A stretch of 64,000 nucleotides of DNA from Antedon mediterranea (GCF_964355755.1 NC_092680.1:6696001-6760000), one strand, 5' to 3'; positions 28,249 to 41,648 are shown, counted from the first letter of the stretch. Made by a program: numbers and translations. Notes: a model not told the origin generated them from the letters alone.

Positions 28249-29057
28249 CATGGAGGTATAAAAAAGAAGGAGATTCAACTAGCTAATAGAGATTAAAATG
28301 CTGTGTGCTATATGAACTATGACTGACTTCCTCGGACGCTGATTGGCTCGCTTAGATGAGTTCAAAAAAGCCGCCTTCCGCTCTGCCACGCGGGACGTCG
28401 CCTTTCATCGTTGTCAGTGCAGCCGGTCGTTCATCGCTTGTTACAAGGCCCCTTAGCATTTAAGTCGCCCTGAACATGTATTTTAAACACTTTTTTGGTT
28501 GTATTAGCTTCTAGAGAGGGCTTGTGGGGTCAGAGTTTAACATATCCGAAACCATATTGAATTTAGAAAGCCATTACATTTTATTAGAAGAAAATCGAGT
28601 AATATTTACCAAAATAACCGTAAGTTTAAGTTTTTATGGTTTTTATATTATATATCGATAACACGATAACCTCGGAAAATGATTTTTTTTAGTAAATATT
28701 ATTTAATAATTTAGGTTTCAAACCGTGAAAATCCCGACCGTGTACACGCGTGTATATTTTCTCTACATGCATTGCAACATAGGGCTTTTTTCTCTCGGCG
28801 AGTCGCTTGTTGGTTCATCAAGTGTGACGTAATCAACGGGTTAGGAAGATTATGCTGGGGCTAGGCCTAGAGTATCCTTGTTTGATATTATGATTCGTGA
28901 ACCTATTCAACAATGTTATTAATATAAATTATAGTTATAGGCTAATTTATATTATAATTAATACAATGGTGAACCTAATTAATGGTTGTATTGTTAAAAA
29001 CTATATTAAAGCAAATGTTAATACAGTACAATTAATGTTTATTGTGTTCCTCTACAG

Positions 29058-29368
29058 TTAACTCTTTTGTAAAACTTACAAAAGGAATTGCTTGCTACTG
29101 ATGGTGTGGACTATGTGTTGAGTGAAAAACTAAACCAAGATCCTCTTGAGGAATACTTTAGCAAACAGAGAGGATGTGGAGGAAGAAATGAAAACCCAAC
29201 AGTTCATCAATTCCAACATAATGCATTGACACTCTACAAGTTGCAGGAGCCAGAAGTGTAACTGGTTCAATCCACTCCAACACCAGGAAGTCGCGTTTTA
29301 GCATAGACAGTACCCCATTCCCAAAAAGAACGAAAACCATAAATAATATTAATAAAGTACAAATATAA
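29058..29368 (+). pseudogene. Last exon of a P-element/THAP9-like transposase, frameshifted
   Basis: After the ctacag acceptor: YVLSEKLNQDPLEEYFSKQRGCGGRNENPT, the P/THAP9 QDxLExxF..R..GG.N.NP motif around the last catalytic Glu. Two frameshifts; upstream exons absent. Confidence 0.85.
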
Positions 29369-29456
29369 TAATAATTTCATGAACACCTTTTATGTATTTA
29401 CTGAACTGTATAGAAAATATTTATATTGTGAATAAATTGGAAATTCTTTCTTTAAG

Positions 29457-31093
29457 TTAGTCATTATTTTTAAGTTTCTTTCTTAAGGGTTTTTCACCCT
29501 TCTTTCCGACTGATGCATCTTTCTTTTTTCTTTCCATCATATATACGGTGGTAAAAGCCTTGCATCTGATGTCTATATAACATCCAATAACTTTGTTAAA
29601 TAAAGTAGACACTACTACCTCATTAACATTATCCCCAATCAACCGTTCCCATGCTAATTTAATGACAGGCGAATCAAGGGCTGAAGTAAGTTTGTCCTTT
29701 AAATTTAAACCACAAAGTTCTGTAATTTTTGTGGAGGACAAAATGGGTTTTACCTCGCATTCCAGCCACCTAAAAAATAAAAATGAATCATTATTTATTT
29801 GAAATAGGCCTCCTCTGTTAATTTTTGTAATCCAGTCTTTACTATAATCTAAAAATGACATTTTATCATTGTTGTCTTCAATTTCTAATTTCCTTAATAC
29901 ATCAATAGATAAATTAACTAGATTGTTATTTGGAAATCTTCTCTAAAAGCGTAATAATTTATGCGGAATATAGCCAGCCATGTATCTTAATGTTTGTTGC
30001 TCTTCCTTGGTTACCTCTACCTGTGGCGGTTCATTTGCAGCAGCATTCTCATACGGCCCAATTTGCCTTAACAACAACTCTTCTACAATTGCCTCGCTTG
30101 CCATTTGGAATAAAAAATTTGCAGCAATATCACAGTCAACTAAACCTAAAAATTGATTTGAGTTTTCATTTATGCGAAAAGTTTGAAAGTTTCTACACGC
30201 TGCGTCTAACCCTTCTGATGCAGTTCTTTTAGTGTTCGCTACAGTTGCTGTCTCCCATAAAGTATTGACAAGTTTGTTTGCAACATCCTGAATATCTTTT
30301 GACCGCAACTCGACCACTGCATTGTTTATTGCTGTTGCCATCTTTGGATTTAACTGCAGCATAGGGTCTTCCAAGAACTTTGTTAAATGAGTGATTAACA
30401 ATTTCCAAAGAATCAGCTAATGCATTTTCAAGTAGATATTGGCTCTTCCATTTTATCGGCTTCTTTTTTGCAGCTGTGAATTATTTTAAAATAAATCATA
30501 AATTAAAATGTCTTTCCCATAAAATTAAAAAGTTAAATTCAATCTGACCATCCCTAATATTTTAATTTCCTGTGCAAAATACAATGTAGTGGGCGACGTA
30601 GGGCTGAAATATCTATTCCCTGTATTTCGGTAATTTTAAATTTAATTATTTGGAAAATGTGTCAACAGCAAAATCCATGCATGAATTATAAAATGTACAG
30701 TAGTAGTAAATAGCTTTATTTTCTATTAGAGTAATTAATTAGTTAGGCCTATATATACCATCTATGCTCATTAATACCATGGAGGTATACCTCCATGTTA
30801 ATACTCACCTTTTTCCGGTTTATTGTTAGTAGTTGATTCGCTGGGCCTACTAGCGTTCGTATAATTGCTTGGCCCACTTCGCACTTCCACGTTTCTTCGG
30901 CGGCTAGGCCTGAACTCGCGCAATTCGTATGGAACCATCTGACTTCGCAATCTTTACCGTTGCAGGCTATTGTCTCTTCCGTCGATGGACAGTTACATAT
31001 ACAGATATTTTTCACTTTTTCGGTGCCTACTTCGGTATTTATTTCTTCAAATTCTGCTAATAATTCTTTTGTTAACAACTCATCAAACTCCAT
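29457..31093 (-). pseudogene. Second, convergent gene in the P element: PHD finger plus P-transposase C-terminal-like domain
   Basis: Exon 31093-30809 (donor gtgagt) encodes CIC..IACNGKDCEVRWFHTNC..WKCEVG, an ING-type PHD with the last Cys changed to Gly. ORFs 30401-29943 and 29861-29457 are in one frame split by a single TAG and contain EEQQTLRYMAGYIPHKL and WITKINRGGLF. Confidence 0.7.
30771..30804. other. P-type excision footprint inside the P element (TSD TTAATAC)
   Basis: TTAATAC-CATGGAGGTATACCTCCATG-TTAATAC. Confidence 0.8.
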
Positions 31094-33430
31094 CACATCA
31101 ATTTTTGTAGAATAAAAGAATACAGTGTTGCTTTTTTGCACTGCCGGCCGCGCGCGCTAGCTACTCGACTCACACACAACGCTCATGTGCTCGAGGTCAA
31201 GCGGTTTGCTTCCGGTTTTACAATTAATTATACGACCTTTTCGTGACATATTGACCTTGTACGCCACGCAGTGCTTATGTGCGATACCGTTTATAATTAC
31301 TCCCTTATCTGTTAAACATTCGGCGGCTGCAATGAATACATCAAAGGAGACAAGCTAGTTGAATCTCCTTCTTTTTTATACCTCCATGGTAAAACTAATA
31401 CTGAATGGCATTATGTGATTCAAAAATCAGTAGTGATTGCAATATCTGCAGTAAAGGAAAAAATGTTTAACATTAAATGAGAAAAACATTCAAAAACCAA
31501 CAGAGGGCAGTACACATCATTTTAAGTTAGGAAATGGACTTGGGAGAAAATTTAAGCACATTCTCAAGAAGATGCTTGGTGCCGTCTTTTGTTCCGATGC
31601 CTTTGATTGAATGTTCATTGCCATTCACGGAATGTAGAGTTTAATATGCTGCTTTATTTTTGTCTTCTTTGTACAAATATGACATACCACCAGTTGTATA
31701 TTTTAATAAATTTTTAAACACCACAGACAGCAAACAGAAATTGTTTCTCTGTCACGAAACGCATCAGAATTTGCACCTTTTATTGACATAGACAGGAAAA
31801 TGAACAGATGATGTTTGAGAATATTATAACAGGTGAGGTGGTGTAAGCTGTGTAGACAACTGTTGGCAATCTACGTAAACATTAAGTTGGTTACACCCAG
31901 TTTACTATAAAACCAAATCAACTGAAGGAATTATGAAATAATCAAAGCTGGTTTGTCAACTTGTAACAGTCACCTTGATATTGAAAAAAAAAACTGTTTT
32001 TTTTTTTTGGTAAGAAAACAATTTCTTTTCAATAACATTTCCAAAGTAGGGTATTCTAAACAAACACCATTTCTGAAATTCTGTTTTTCTTTTCTATCTA
32101 GATATTAGCAGCATAAAAAGTGATGGTAAACTACTTTAAAAATAGATTAAAAAACGATTTTTGCTGATTTTATGGGGGGGGGGGGGGGGGGAAGCCCTAT
32201 ATCTGCTGAGTAGCAAAACATCATTTTTAAATGGAATACATTCACACAAACAAACAGGAGGGGTGGGTATGTTATTGACTGACATTGAAATAGTAGTACT
32301 ATAGAATTCCACATCCAATTAAAACAAAAATCCTCTTTATGAACTACTACTGCTAGGTACCAACTGCAAGCACAATGTATTTTAAACCAGAACCACCAAC
32401 AGTCACGTAGAAAGCTTAAAAGCCCAATGCAGTCAGCTATGAGGTATCAATCCTGCCACAAATCAATTTATATTGGAATGTCTTTTAAGACATTTATGAG
32501 AAATCAGTTTCCTGCTTTCTCAAACATAATTCATACATTTGACGAATACATTTTCTACATTTCCATTGGATTTCTTACAAAAGACATTTCAGAATGTCTT
32601 TCTGAATGTTATAAATCAAGTGCTATTTTTACAACATAGGTGTAAACAAACCTATTATTTATTCAGAATAGCAATTTTGTTATTATACTTAAGAAGTAGT
32701 GCTGTTTTACTTTAAGAGTAAAATGATGTACGTTACTGTACCTGAACATACCATAAAAGCCCCTAGGGGTGCAATATCAAGCAGAATGTCTCAGTTACAT
32801 TTTTCTCTCTTGCATATATTTCCAATTTCAAATCAAATTTAGGTTTAAAGAATTTTACAAGGCAGACATTTAGGCTTTAAGTCACATTTGATAGGCATAA
32901 TAATTGACTCACATTCATAAGATGTCATCATTGAAAATTGTATCAGAGTGGGCTTAAAAATTTCCCAGGATATCTCCGGATAATACAGCAATTAATCATT
33001 CCTTTATAACTAGTTTTTAATGACTGTTAGTCTAGATTTTGCAGCTTTTGAAGTCGAAATTGACCCGGCAAATTAAAGGGTACAAATCATTTCTTAGTGA
33101 GTGAACATTATATAAAAGAAAGAGTTTTATGAGAATTCTATGCAAATCATGCAACTTTCGCGCACAAATTCAAATTGTTATCTGGTTCCGTTCAGTTTTT
33201 GTGCAACTGTTGATTAGATTTGAGGATATTCTGGTTCTTTTGTCCCGCTAGCATGTTCCGTGGTTATCCACATTCTTCCAATTAAAAGACAGTGACTTAA
33301 TTAATCAATTTTTGAACCTGGAAAATGTCCTCCGGCACTACAATTCAATTACGTACAAACCTGAAGCACTCTAGATTGATTGGCCCAGAGGAGCTAACTA
33401 AATAGAAGTTCATTTAAATCAAATATGTTA

Positions 33431-33595
33431 AGATTTTGCCTTATGAAACTATCAAACTTTATATGAAAAAAAATGTGATGTGCCCATATATGGAAACGAC
33501 GATGTCATATCACTACCATATTTGGACACATCACTACCATATTTGAGCACATCACACTTTTTTGGTAAAACTAATTTGATAGTGTAGACAGAATT
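33431..33595. mobile_element. MITE family A, copy with degenerate left end
   Basis: ACTATCAAACTTT ... two CACTACCATATTTG repeats ... TTTGATAGTGTAGACAGA. Confidence 0.7.
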
Positions 33596-35413
33596 TTAAA
33601 TCAAAGCCAATTCAAGAGCATGAAATGCAGAGGAGCATAAATTATGAATAGAATTCATAGTTGATGATACTTTCACACAGGATGTACTGCCTAGCCTAGA
33701 AACATTATTGATGGCCAAATAATTGTGTTAAGAAAGTATGACTTTAAGTTTGTTGACAAGCCACTTTTATTAAGTACACACAAATAATACATTAGTCTTT
33801 CATGAGGTGCTTATTATAATAATATTAAAAAATTAATGTACAGTATTGATGATCATAAACAGATTCTTATTACGTCATTATGGTCAACCACAATACACCA
33901 CCTACCATGAGAGAGAGCATTGATTAGCATATTAATAATTAATAAATTAATGTACACGGTACCAGTAGCTGTACATCCTATCTGAAGGATGAAAGAATGT
34001 GAGAAGAAGTATTTGCCTATGATACAAGCAATATGACAAAGACAGATCTCAAACTGATAATACCATCATATCACTGATATACCATACCATTACACAATAT
34101 CGCTCTCTAAAATTAGTATTTTAAGATACAACTTTAGTAGGTATGAAAGGAGAGTGAACACAATTAACCATAATTTCTATGAAAACATCGTTTTAAATTT
34201 CACAGAACATAAGAAACTTGAGCTCAAACTATTTTCTATCTATTACTTGCTTGCCACAAAGTTGGCACAAAAACTTGTTGTCGATTTTAATGAACTGAAC
34301 AAAACCGAAATCAGCTTCGAACACAAATGTTTACAGTTAATACCGCAGGCTTAGGCTGAGCTTACTATGGGGACAACAGAGGTTACAAGGAATCCACAAA
34401 TTAAAACAGCCTGGTTTGATCCTACCACAGTCAGCCTGAGGAAATTGTGATTTATATTTAGTCATTAGAACCCGTATTGTTTCCTTGAGACAAAAGAAGG
34501 TCAAGCGAGGTCAGATGAACTAGTTGAAACATGACAGGTTGTTATACGATGTGATTTATGGAAATTATACAGTGACCAAAATAATTAGATTAATTCTAGA
34601 CTTCCTTTAGATGTCTCATCTAAATTATGATGGAAGTTGAGGATAGCTGACAATAACCTCAAACGTACATACTCCAATTAATTGACCCTTTTAGCCATGT
34701 ACTAATACTATTCTCAAAAATGTGTTTAAAATTGTTTATAAAGTACTTTACATTACACTATTTTGAAATAATACTCCTGAAATATTAAATGTTGGTCTTA
34801 TACTTGATTGACAAATACAAAAATGATGGAATAATCTTTTCAGGCATCTTCAGTGAGGTCTTACAGAATTAACATCGATGTAACACAGTGGTATCTGCTG
34901 AATGCGCATATAAGTCTAACTAACGTGTGAAAGCATTTTAAATAGGTTAGAGATATTCAGAAGATATACATCAATTGTTACATTTTGTTACATTTGTGTT
35001 GTACGTGTGAATTGAGTTTATATGCAAGAGTACTACGAGCATAATATTTAGTATAAAAATGTCTTTAAATACATGTCATTGATCTGGAATTTATACTAAT
35101 TAATGTAACTATATAAACAGAATAAGTCACTAAAAAAGGGTGTTTAGACAAAACATCATGTGTTGATGCGTGGATCGGCAAGAAAAAATAGAAAACTATT
35201 ATTGATATTAGGACATGTATTTAACTTCTACTGTCTACCCTTTGTTCTTCTATGTATTTATATGCAATCACTGAGGTTGTTAAACTTTTAGAGATAATGA
35301 ACATGATGTACAATCTAATACCAATCTATACACATACTAATTCTACTAGTAAATAACAACCATATTCCATCTAAAATAACTGCAGATACACCTTATAACT
35401 TATACATAATGTA

Positions 35414-37208
35414 CAGTACTGACTACAAATCATGTACCATAACCCGCGTTTGTCGCGCGTGTAAAATATGTGTAATTGCCGCGTGCCTGTATTTACCGTG
35501 TGGACCATGACGTCATCACTTTGTAGCTTTTTACTGGTAAAATATGGAACTCCCGGTACGACGCCCGCGACAACACACACGTGGGTATCTGTTTGTTTCT
35601 ATTGTTTAGGCCTACCATCATATGTAATCTGAACCCGCCCGTTACTGTATGCAACAAAGTTTATTTTTTCTCTATTGTTAGGCAAACAATAAATAAGAAA
35701 GTTTATAGAATTCATGTAAATTGTTTTTCATCGGGGTTTTGTTTAGAGTTCACGTCGTATCATTTTATATAATGTGAGGCTTACAGAGAAGTGTACAACA
35801 GGGAGGCTAGAATAGAGAGCTACTAATACTATACCGTATACCTACTAAGCCCCCGACAACAAAAAAACATATTTAGCGATCTTTAATAGGTCAATAAATA
35901 GCCTAATAATAGTAATATTAAAAAATGATGTTTCCTTGTATTTTCCTAACCGTAAGCCAAATATTTAAATTAAAATACAGAGCTAGTGTTTATTTTAGGC
36001 CAAGAAGTACAGTATGTATTCGCTCAAATAACTGTGACTGTGAATGGGTTTTCCGCCGCTCGGTGTAGAAAGTTAAATGATTACGTTCTTCTAACACGTT
36101 TATTAAATGTCTTTTAGTATATTTCTATCTAACATGTCTGCATTGTATACTTGCTTTATGAATTCTCTGCTTATGTAACGACTTAATAAGTTGCTCAATT
36201 GACGTTTATAAAGCCGATATTTGTCTGACATCAGCCCATGTTTATAATGAAAACAAAACAAGGTTCCGAAAATGGTACAGTCCAAAATGGGGTGTGCAAT
36301 TAAATAATATCAACGTAAACATGCGCACGGTATCAGGGCTGTAATTATAAGAGAACTGATTTCCCCTGGACGGGAAATGGTAAAAACTTGTATTTATTCG
36401 ACCTCGCTTCTCTCTCGCTCTGGCTGTGTGCGGAGGATCGCTCCAACGTGGTTTCGTGGAGCGATTAATGGTCCAGTCCGTAACAGGGGTGTACATTGTT
36501 TACCGCGCTAAATACATGCATGTCAATACTGGCGTTGTAATACTATATAAATGTTTTCCTCCCCGACTGGGAATGGTAAAATCTTTATGTTATTATTTGG
36601 CCTAGCAACTGTGTGTACCTGTGTGAACTCCATGGATGAACTCTACAACGTGGTGTGTACAGAAAGTACGTCATTCGGCCACCAGTGACGATCGTGTTTT
36701 GAAAGATATTGTTGGGTCTTTTCTACCTTGTTTTTTTAATGAGTTTTCTCAAATACTTAATAAATATGACTTAAAAATATATATAAACAAACCCTGAAAG
36801 CAAACTAGGCCTAGAATAGTAGTACTGTACTCCCGGTAGTAGGCCTACTAACTAGGCCTAGTATTTTCAATCACAGACATAGCTTAATTGCATCATGGAG
36901 GTTTTTACCTTCATTATTGCAGTATGATAAATAAATCGATTTTTTATTTCAAATAGGCCTATATTTTGTTATATAAAATGCTGTTATCCTGTACTGTAAT
37001 TCCAGTTATTGTCTGTTTGATAATAATAATATATATGAACAAAACATCAACAAATTATAAATACAGTTCGCTGCAGTTGAATTACTCAATGCAGTAATGC
37101 ATGAGTGAATATGGACAGTATTGTTAGTACCTAATTACACGCGAGTCACGCGTTTTTCACACCCGTGTAAAATGTGTGGGCTTGGTATATGATATGTAGT
37201 CAGTACTG
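35414..37208. mobile_element. Non-autonomous Tc1/mariner-type element, 1.8 kb
   Basis: 26-bp TIR CAGTACTGACTACA(A/T)ATCAT(G/A)TACCA with 2 mismatches; TA flanks; no transposase ORF. Confidence 0.8.
36887..36922. other. Degenerate P-type footprint (TSD ATTGCA(T/G))
   Basis: ATTGCAT-CATGGAGGTTTTTACCTTCATT-ATTGCAG. Confidence 0.5.
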
Positions 37209-37598
37209 TATGCAAATGACATTGTCTATTTTCTCTATGCATCAACAAACACCTGACATTGGTACACCTGTGATACAGGCTGATTCTATTACATGGCTGC
37301 CTGACCTCAATCGCCTATCAATAAACCACTTAAGATCTAAAGATAACAATATGTAAATCATACAAAAACAGTTGTCTTTTTTATCTGGTTTTCATGCATC
37401 ATCACCTATTACTTAACAAGAGAATCAATAATGATGAACGCATTTCAAGATAACAATCTATGATGCCTGTTGTCACATGTCCTGTCTTAGGATAAATAAT
37501 TATCATATGTTTGTCACTAGCTTTATCCACCCTAACCAATCATCTATCACTCTATAATTACAAATATTGGAAAGAAAAGGTAAGATAAATCGACATAC

Positions 37599-37674
37599 CT
37601 GGTTCACAGATTTGTTTCTCTCGAGGAAGCTGGTTAAGAAGAAGTGCCAAGCGAGCCCACAATGTATGTGAACT
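37599..37674 (-). CDS. SMG5: SMG5 exon 12 (SSHTLWARLALLLNQLPREKQICEP)
   Basis: Matches SMG5 SSQSLWNRLSVLLNLLP; tag|...|gtatg; 76 nt. Confidence 0.93.
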
Positions 37675-38167
37675 CTAATTTGTTAAAGAAAAAATAAAAA
37701 AATTACTTTAATCATGGTCTCAAAATCTTTTAAAATAGTGGAAAGAGGACAAGAAATAAGAAACAATGTATTTTTTTTTTTTACCATATTTATTGAGGGA
37801 CCCTCAGAGGTTCACAAGACCAACATATGCACAAGATGCTCTACATAAACAAAGTCTTATTACACGTCTTTGGGAGTGGATTTGTAATTTTGTCCTTAGA
37901 AAAAATCCTGACATGTGACGGGACTTGAGTGGTAGCCAAGCATCATAACCACCAAGCCACAACTCCACTCTTTAGGGTAATATTTCAAATATGATGTTAT
38001 GTTAGTTTATGATGGCGATGGTTGCATGTAGCGTGTAGGACACTACAGTAAATAAAGATCATGATCATCAAAAAGGATGATTATGCATCAGTAGTGGTCC
38101 TCATACATTATATTATATCTATATATAAATTTTACCAATAACATGAAAAACAATAAATATGTATTAC

Positions 38168-38289
38168 CTGAGCAGTTGTGGTAATAATATCTGAATGTCC
38201 TCTCAGCCAATCACAAAACAGCTTTACTATTGGTAACAACTCCTCATTTGCTAATACAGATATCAATTTCTGGACAGAATCTTCTTTAT
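38168..38289 (-). CDS. SMG5: SMG5 exon 11 (KEDSVQKLISVLANEELLPIVKLFCDWLRGHSDIITTTAQ)
   Basis: Matches SMG5 EGLLPAVKVFLDWLR...CAQ; tag|...|gtaat; 122 nt. Confidence 0.93.
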
Positions 38290-38569
38290 CTAACAGTAAA
38301 AACACACATTCATTCGAACGGTGAGAAATTTCATGATTTGTACTAACTACTTTTGCTACTACTACTTAAAGAGCCCTGAGAGTGGATTTGTTGAAAAAAA
38401 GAAACACAAATTTCATAACTAACTACTAATAACTACTGCACATGTGGTACTGTGGCTAGAGGTTTCAGTGTAAAACATTTGAGAAATGACCTAAACAAGT
38501 TCATACCACCTAAAAGATGCTATTCTCAAATTTTTTTTAAATGCACCATATATTTTAGTTTAAACAGAC

Positions 38570-39196
38570 CTTCATTCAGAGGTTTCTCTTTAGGATCATC
38601 TTCCTTGACATCAACTGGTTCACTTTTACCTTCGACTTCTGACCTGTCATTCTCATAAGCTTCAAAGGATGGAGCAAGACGGATGTTGCGTTTTAAGAAG
38701 CTAGTGCTTGGATTCTGAGAGAAAAGCTGTGATGACAGATCTTTAAGGTTCTGTGCAATAGTGGCAGGACTCCCTCTAGCACCTGCAGGCATCTGCTCCA
38801 CAGTAATCTGAGAGGTCATCTTCACATCAGGGCTCTTATTTTCCTTTGATTTAGATATCTCAAAATCTTGACTGTCCATCAGAAAATCACTATCAGAACC
38901 AGATGAAAATGGAGCGCCCTCACTTGCCACATCGCCATCCGAAGTACTGAAATCTGATTGACTGCTGATACTGAGCTCTCCCTCGCTGAGATCAAATTGG
39001 TCACTAGATGGCTTGCTTGATTGCATGGATCGTGCACGGCGTCTGCGTAAGGACTTACTCACTTGTTTTTTGCCATCTCTAGGAATGGCTTTAGTTGGGC
39101 TACCGTCTTGGCTTTGTGATGGAGTTAATGTATTGGTTGGGCTTGCAGGCCCAGACTTCACAATTTCATCATCCTCGTCATCCTCATCAGTTGCAT
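38570..39196 (-). CDS. SMG5: SMG5 exon 10, Ser/acidic linker (LRRRR...DLSEG...IAQNLKDLSSQLF...IRLAPSF)
   Basis: Motifs match SMG5 LRRRR, DLSEG, IASNLQAMSTQMF and RLAPTF; cag acceptor; donor AAG|gtctgt gives 627 nt with phase preserved. Confidence 0.9.
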
Positions 39197-39620
39197 CTGA
39201 AAATATTAACTTCATAATTGAATCAAATTACTTACATTCATTAATTAATTTAGCAAATCACATCATTCCAATTTTCCAATTCCAATGAATTGATTCAATG
39301 TCAAAGCTCAAAATTGAGTAATAAAAATAAACATACAATAAATTAACATTTATTTTTGTTAGTTTCATCCCATATGCATATCAAGAAAATTCAATGATTT
39401 AAAAAATTTATCAAATTAATTTTAATACTATAAATAATTATTCAAATTAAACAGGTTACTACCAAATAGATACATTAGAAGTCACTAACGATAAAACAAA
39501 ATAAGCTTAAGTCTAGGTTTATTTCTTACTTGAATTCATTCATTTTAATTCATAATTTTAACAAAAGTGAATTTCCACCAAGCCTATGTAATTTTTTACT
39601 AATTACAAACAAATAGTTAC

Positions 39621-39770
39621 CTGAAATGTGTACATTACTGTCATAAGCACTAGGTGAACTAGGATGTTGTACATCATACAGCGCCCCCTGGATTCTCATA
39701 TTCACGTGATTTAAAAGATGTGAGAAAAGTGCTAACGTAAATGCAATGGCAGCAGACACATGCTTTGAGC
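39621..39770 (-). CDS. SMG5: SMG5 exon 9 (SKHVSAAIAFTLALFSHLLNHVNMRIQ...)
   Basis: Near-identical to SMG5 SAAIAFTLALFSHLVNHVNIRLQ; tag|...|gtaac; 150 nt. Confidence 0.96.
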
Positions 39771-40169
39771 CTAGATTTTGAAAAATGGACACATTAATGA
39801 GATATACTAATTACATACATATCAAATTAATATTAAATTAATATTAAATTAAGGTCGTATTAGGCTACGACCTCCAAGAGCAAATCTTTGTAGAACTAGA
39901 AAATCCTTCGTTGTAAATAGCATTCATATTTTTAATTCTAATGTAAGACGTTAATGCAATTTTTAAATAGTTTTACATTTTTAACTTTTTATCTTGTATT
40001 TTTAATCTGTTATAATACTGCACGTTTTAAAGTGTTGCAATATTGTTGTTTTAATCTACCAAGCAAAGTGAATTTCCATTTTTATGGACAAATAAAATTT
40101 CTTGAATCTTGAATTTGTTTTTACTATCAAAAATTCTAAAAACTGGACTTTTCAGAAAACCATAGACTT

Positions 40170-40600
40170 TGAGTCAGTGTTTACTGTATCATTATATTGA
40201 TGTTTGTGAAAAAGAAGGCATTTTGTTCCTAGAGATACTTTAGTTACACTTTATAACTAATTTATATTTCCTATTTTAACATATGGAATTGAGGTTTGGG
40301 GTGTGTCATATTTAAAACGTATTTTTTAATAATACTGTTTAATTATTATTTACGGTTTCAGTTTATCACATTATTTTTATTATTTGCCATTTACAGTTTT
40401 CGTGACTTAAAGCTTTGAATTAATCTTCTTTTTCTTCACATTACATTAAATGAATTATTCAACATATGGCATATTTCATAATTATACTATTTCTTTTGCA
40501 AGCTGGTGTTAAGCTGTGATTTGTTTCTTTGAACTAAATCTTATCACCTTTTGTCAATGATGATTGTTTATGTTGGTTTTGTTGGCAATAAAGTAAAGTA
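40170..40600 (+). mobile_element. Old LINE (L2/CR1-like) 3' fragment
   Basis: Degenerate TLVTLY..PILTYGIEVWG peptide; ends in AATAAAGTAAAGTA. Confidence 0.45.
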
Positions 40601-40729
40601 CTATATTCATATCATCATTCTTCTTTTCTATTATTTAGGCAAGTTGCTAAAGATAACCATAAGTGAATGCATTCACTATCCATCTCAATGGTGGCAATCC
40701 TATTCACAAGACAAACATATAAACAAGTT

Positions 40730-40805
40730 TTTGGGAGTGGACATCTGGCAGGATTTGAACTCAGGACCGGGATAGGTATCCAAGCATCCTAACCACTAAG
40801 CTAAA
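40730..40805 (-). mobile_element. tRNA-derived SINE head (related degenerate copy ~37880-37962)
   Basis: Minus strand TAGCTTAGTGGTTAGG (A box) ... GAGTTCAAATCC (B box); no intact cloverleaf. Confidence 0.55.
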
Positions 40806-40818
40806 CTCCTTATGTTAC

Positions 40819-41096
40819 CTGCTTTCTGAAGTTTGTAAATTGTCATCAGCGCCATCATGACTACCTTGAAAACAACATCTGCTGATACATGCTGCTCTCT
40901 GATGTCATCAAGATTCTTCAGCACAACTGGTGCAAGATGGACCTTATGGTTGGGTGGATAGTACATGCACAGATTAAAGTCATGAAGCACAGCCTGGCAA
41001 AGATTAGACAATTCTGCACTTGTGGGGTTTGACTCAGGCTGCAGGAGGTCTTGAAGACGTAGGAATTTTATCAAGAGATGCTTGATATCTTTAGGT
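40819..41096 (-). CDS. SMG5: SMG5 exon 8 (PKDIKHLLIKFLRLQDLLQP...LCQAVLHDFNLCMYY...LQKAG)
   Basis: Matches SMG5 KDIKRLLVNF / LCQSVLEDFNLCLFY; cag|...|gtaac; overlaps track ORF 40796..41074. Confidence 0.95.
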
Positions 41097-41405
41097 CTGA
41101 AAAACAGTAATTTATTAAATAGTTAAAAAACCAATAGATGCACTGTGTTTAAATAACATAGTATAAAACCGACTCCAAATAACGAGAGGCAAGCCATGAT
41201 TCAACGTTTTGATCTTTATTTGATCATCATTCCTTTCATTCATTAAATATTTCGGTAATCTTTATTTTAGACAATATATATTGACTTAAGTGTAATACTT
41301 ACTTACTTAATAGTGTGTATTTCATTTAAGTACGATTGGTGAATATGATTCATAGATCAAAACAAGAAGTGTCATTTATACTTGTCACAAAGAGACAATG
41401 TTTAC

Positions 41406-41531
41406 CTTTGGATGTCTGGTGGCAAGTCACGATTATTTATCTCTGGAAGATCTCTAAACTTCTTTCGATTTCTTTGAAATATTTTGGCAAGATTATCACT
41501 AGCGCCTTCGAATGGTATATCAGCCAGCATG
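41406..41531 (-). CDS. SMG5: SMG5 exon 7 (CMLADIPFEGASDNLAKIFQRNRKKF...)
   Basis: Matches SMG5 SFEGAYGNLKRL; tag|...|gtaaac; 126 nt. Confidence 0.93.
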
Positions 41532-41648
41532 CTATATAACATAAAAAATTTTTTTATAAAATACTGTTTCCAAAAATAATCTGATTTCTAATAATTATAA
41601 GTAAACGAAAGAGGGTAGAGATACATAAATAATTACTATTTTACCTAA

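Larger units (their letters stand above)
28249..31388 (+). mobile_element. P-superfamily DNA transposon, internally deleted/decayed, 3140 bp, in SMG5 intron 12
   Basis: Perfect 36-bp TIR CATGGAGGTATAAAAAAGAAGGAGATTCAACTAGCT (28249-28284 / 31353-31388); 7-bp TSD GTAAAAC (28242-48, 31389-95); P-transposase motif inside. Confidence 0.9.
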
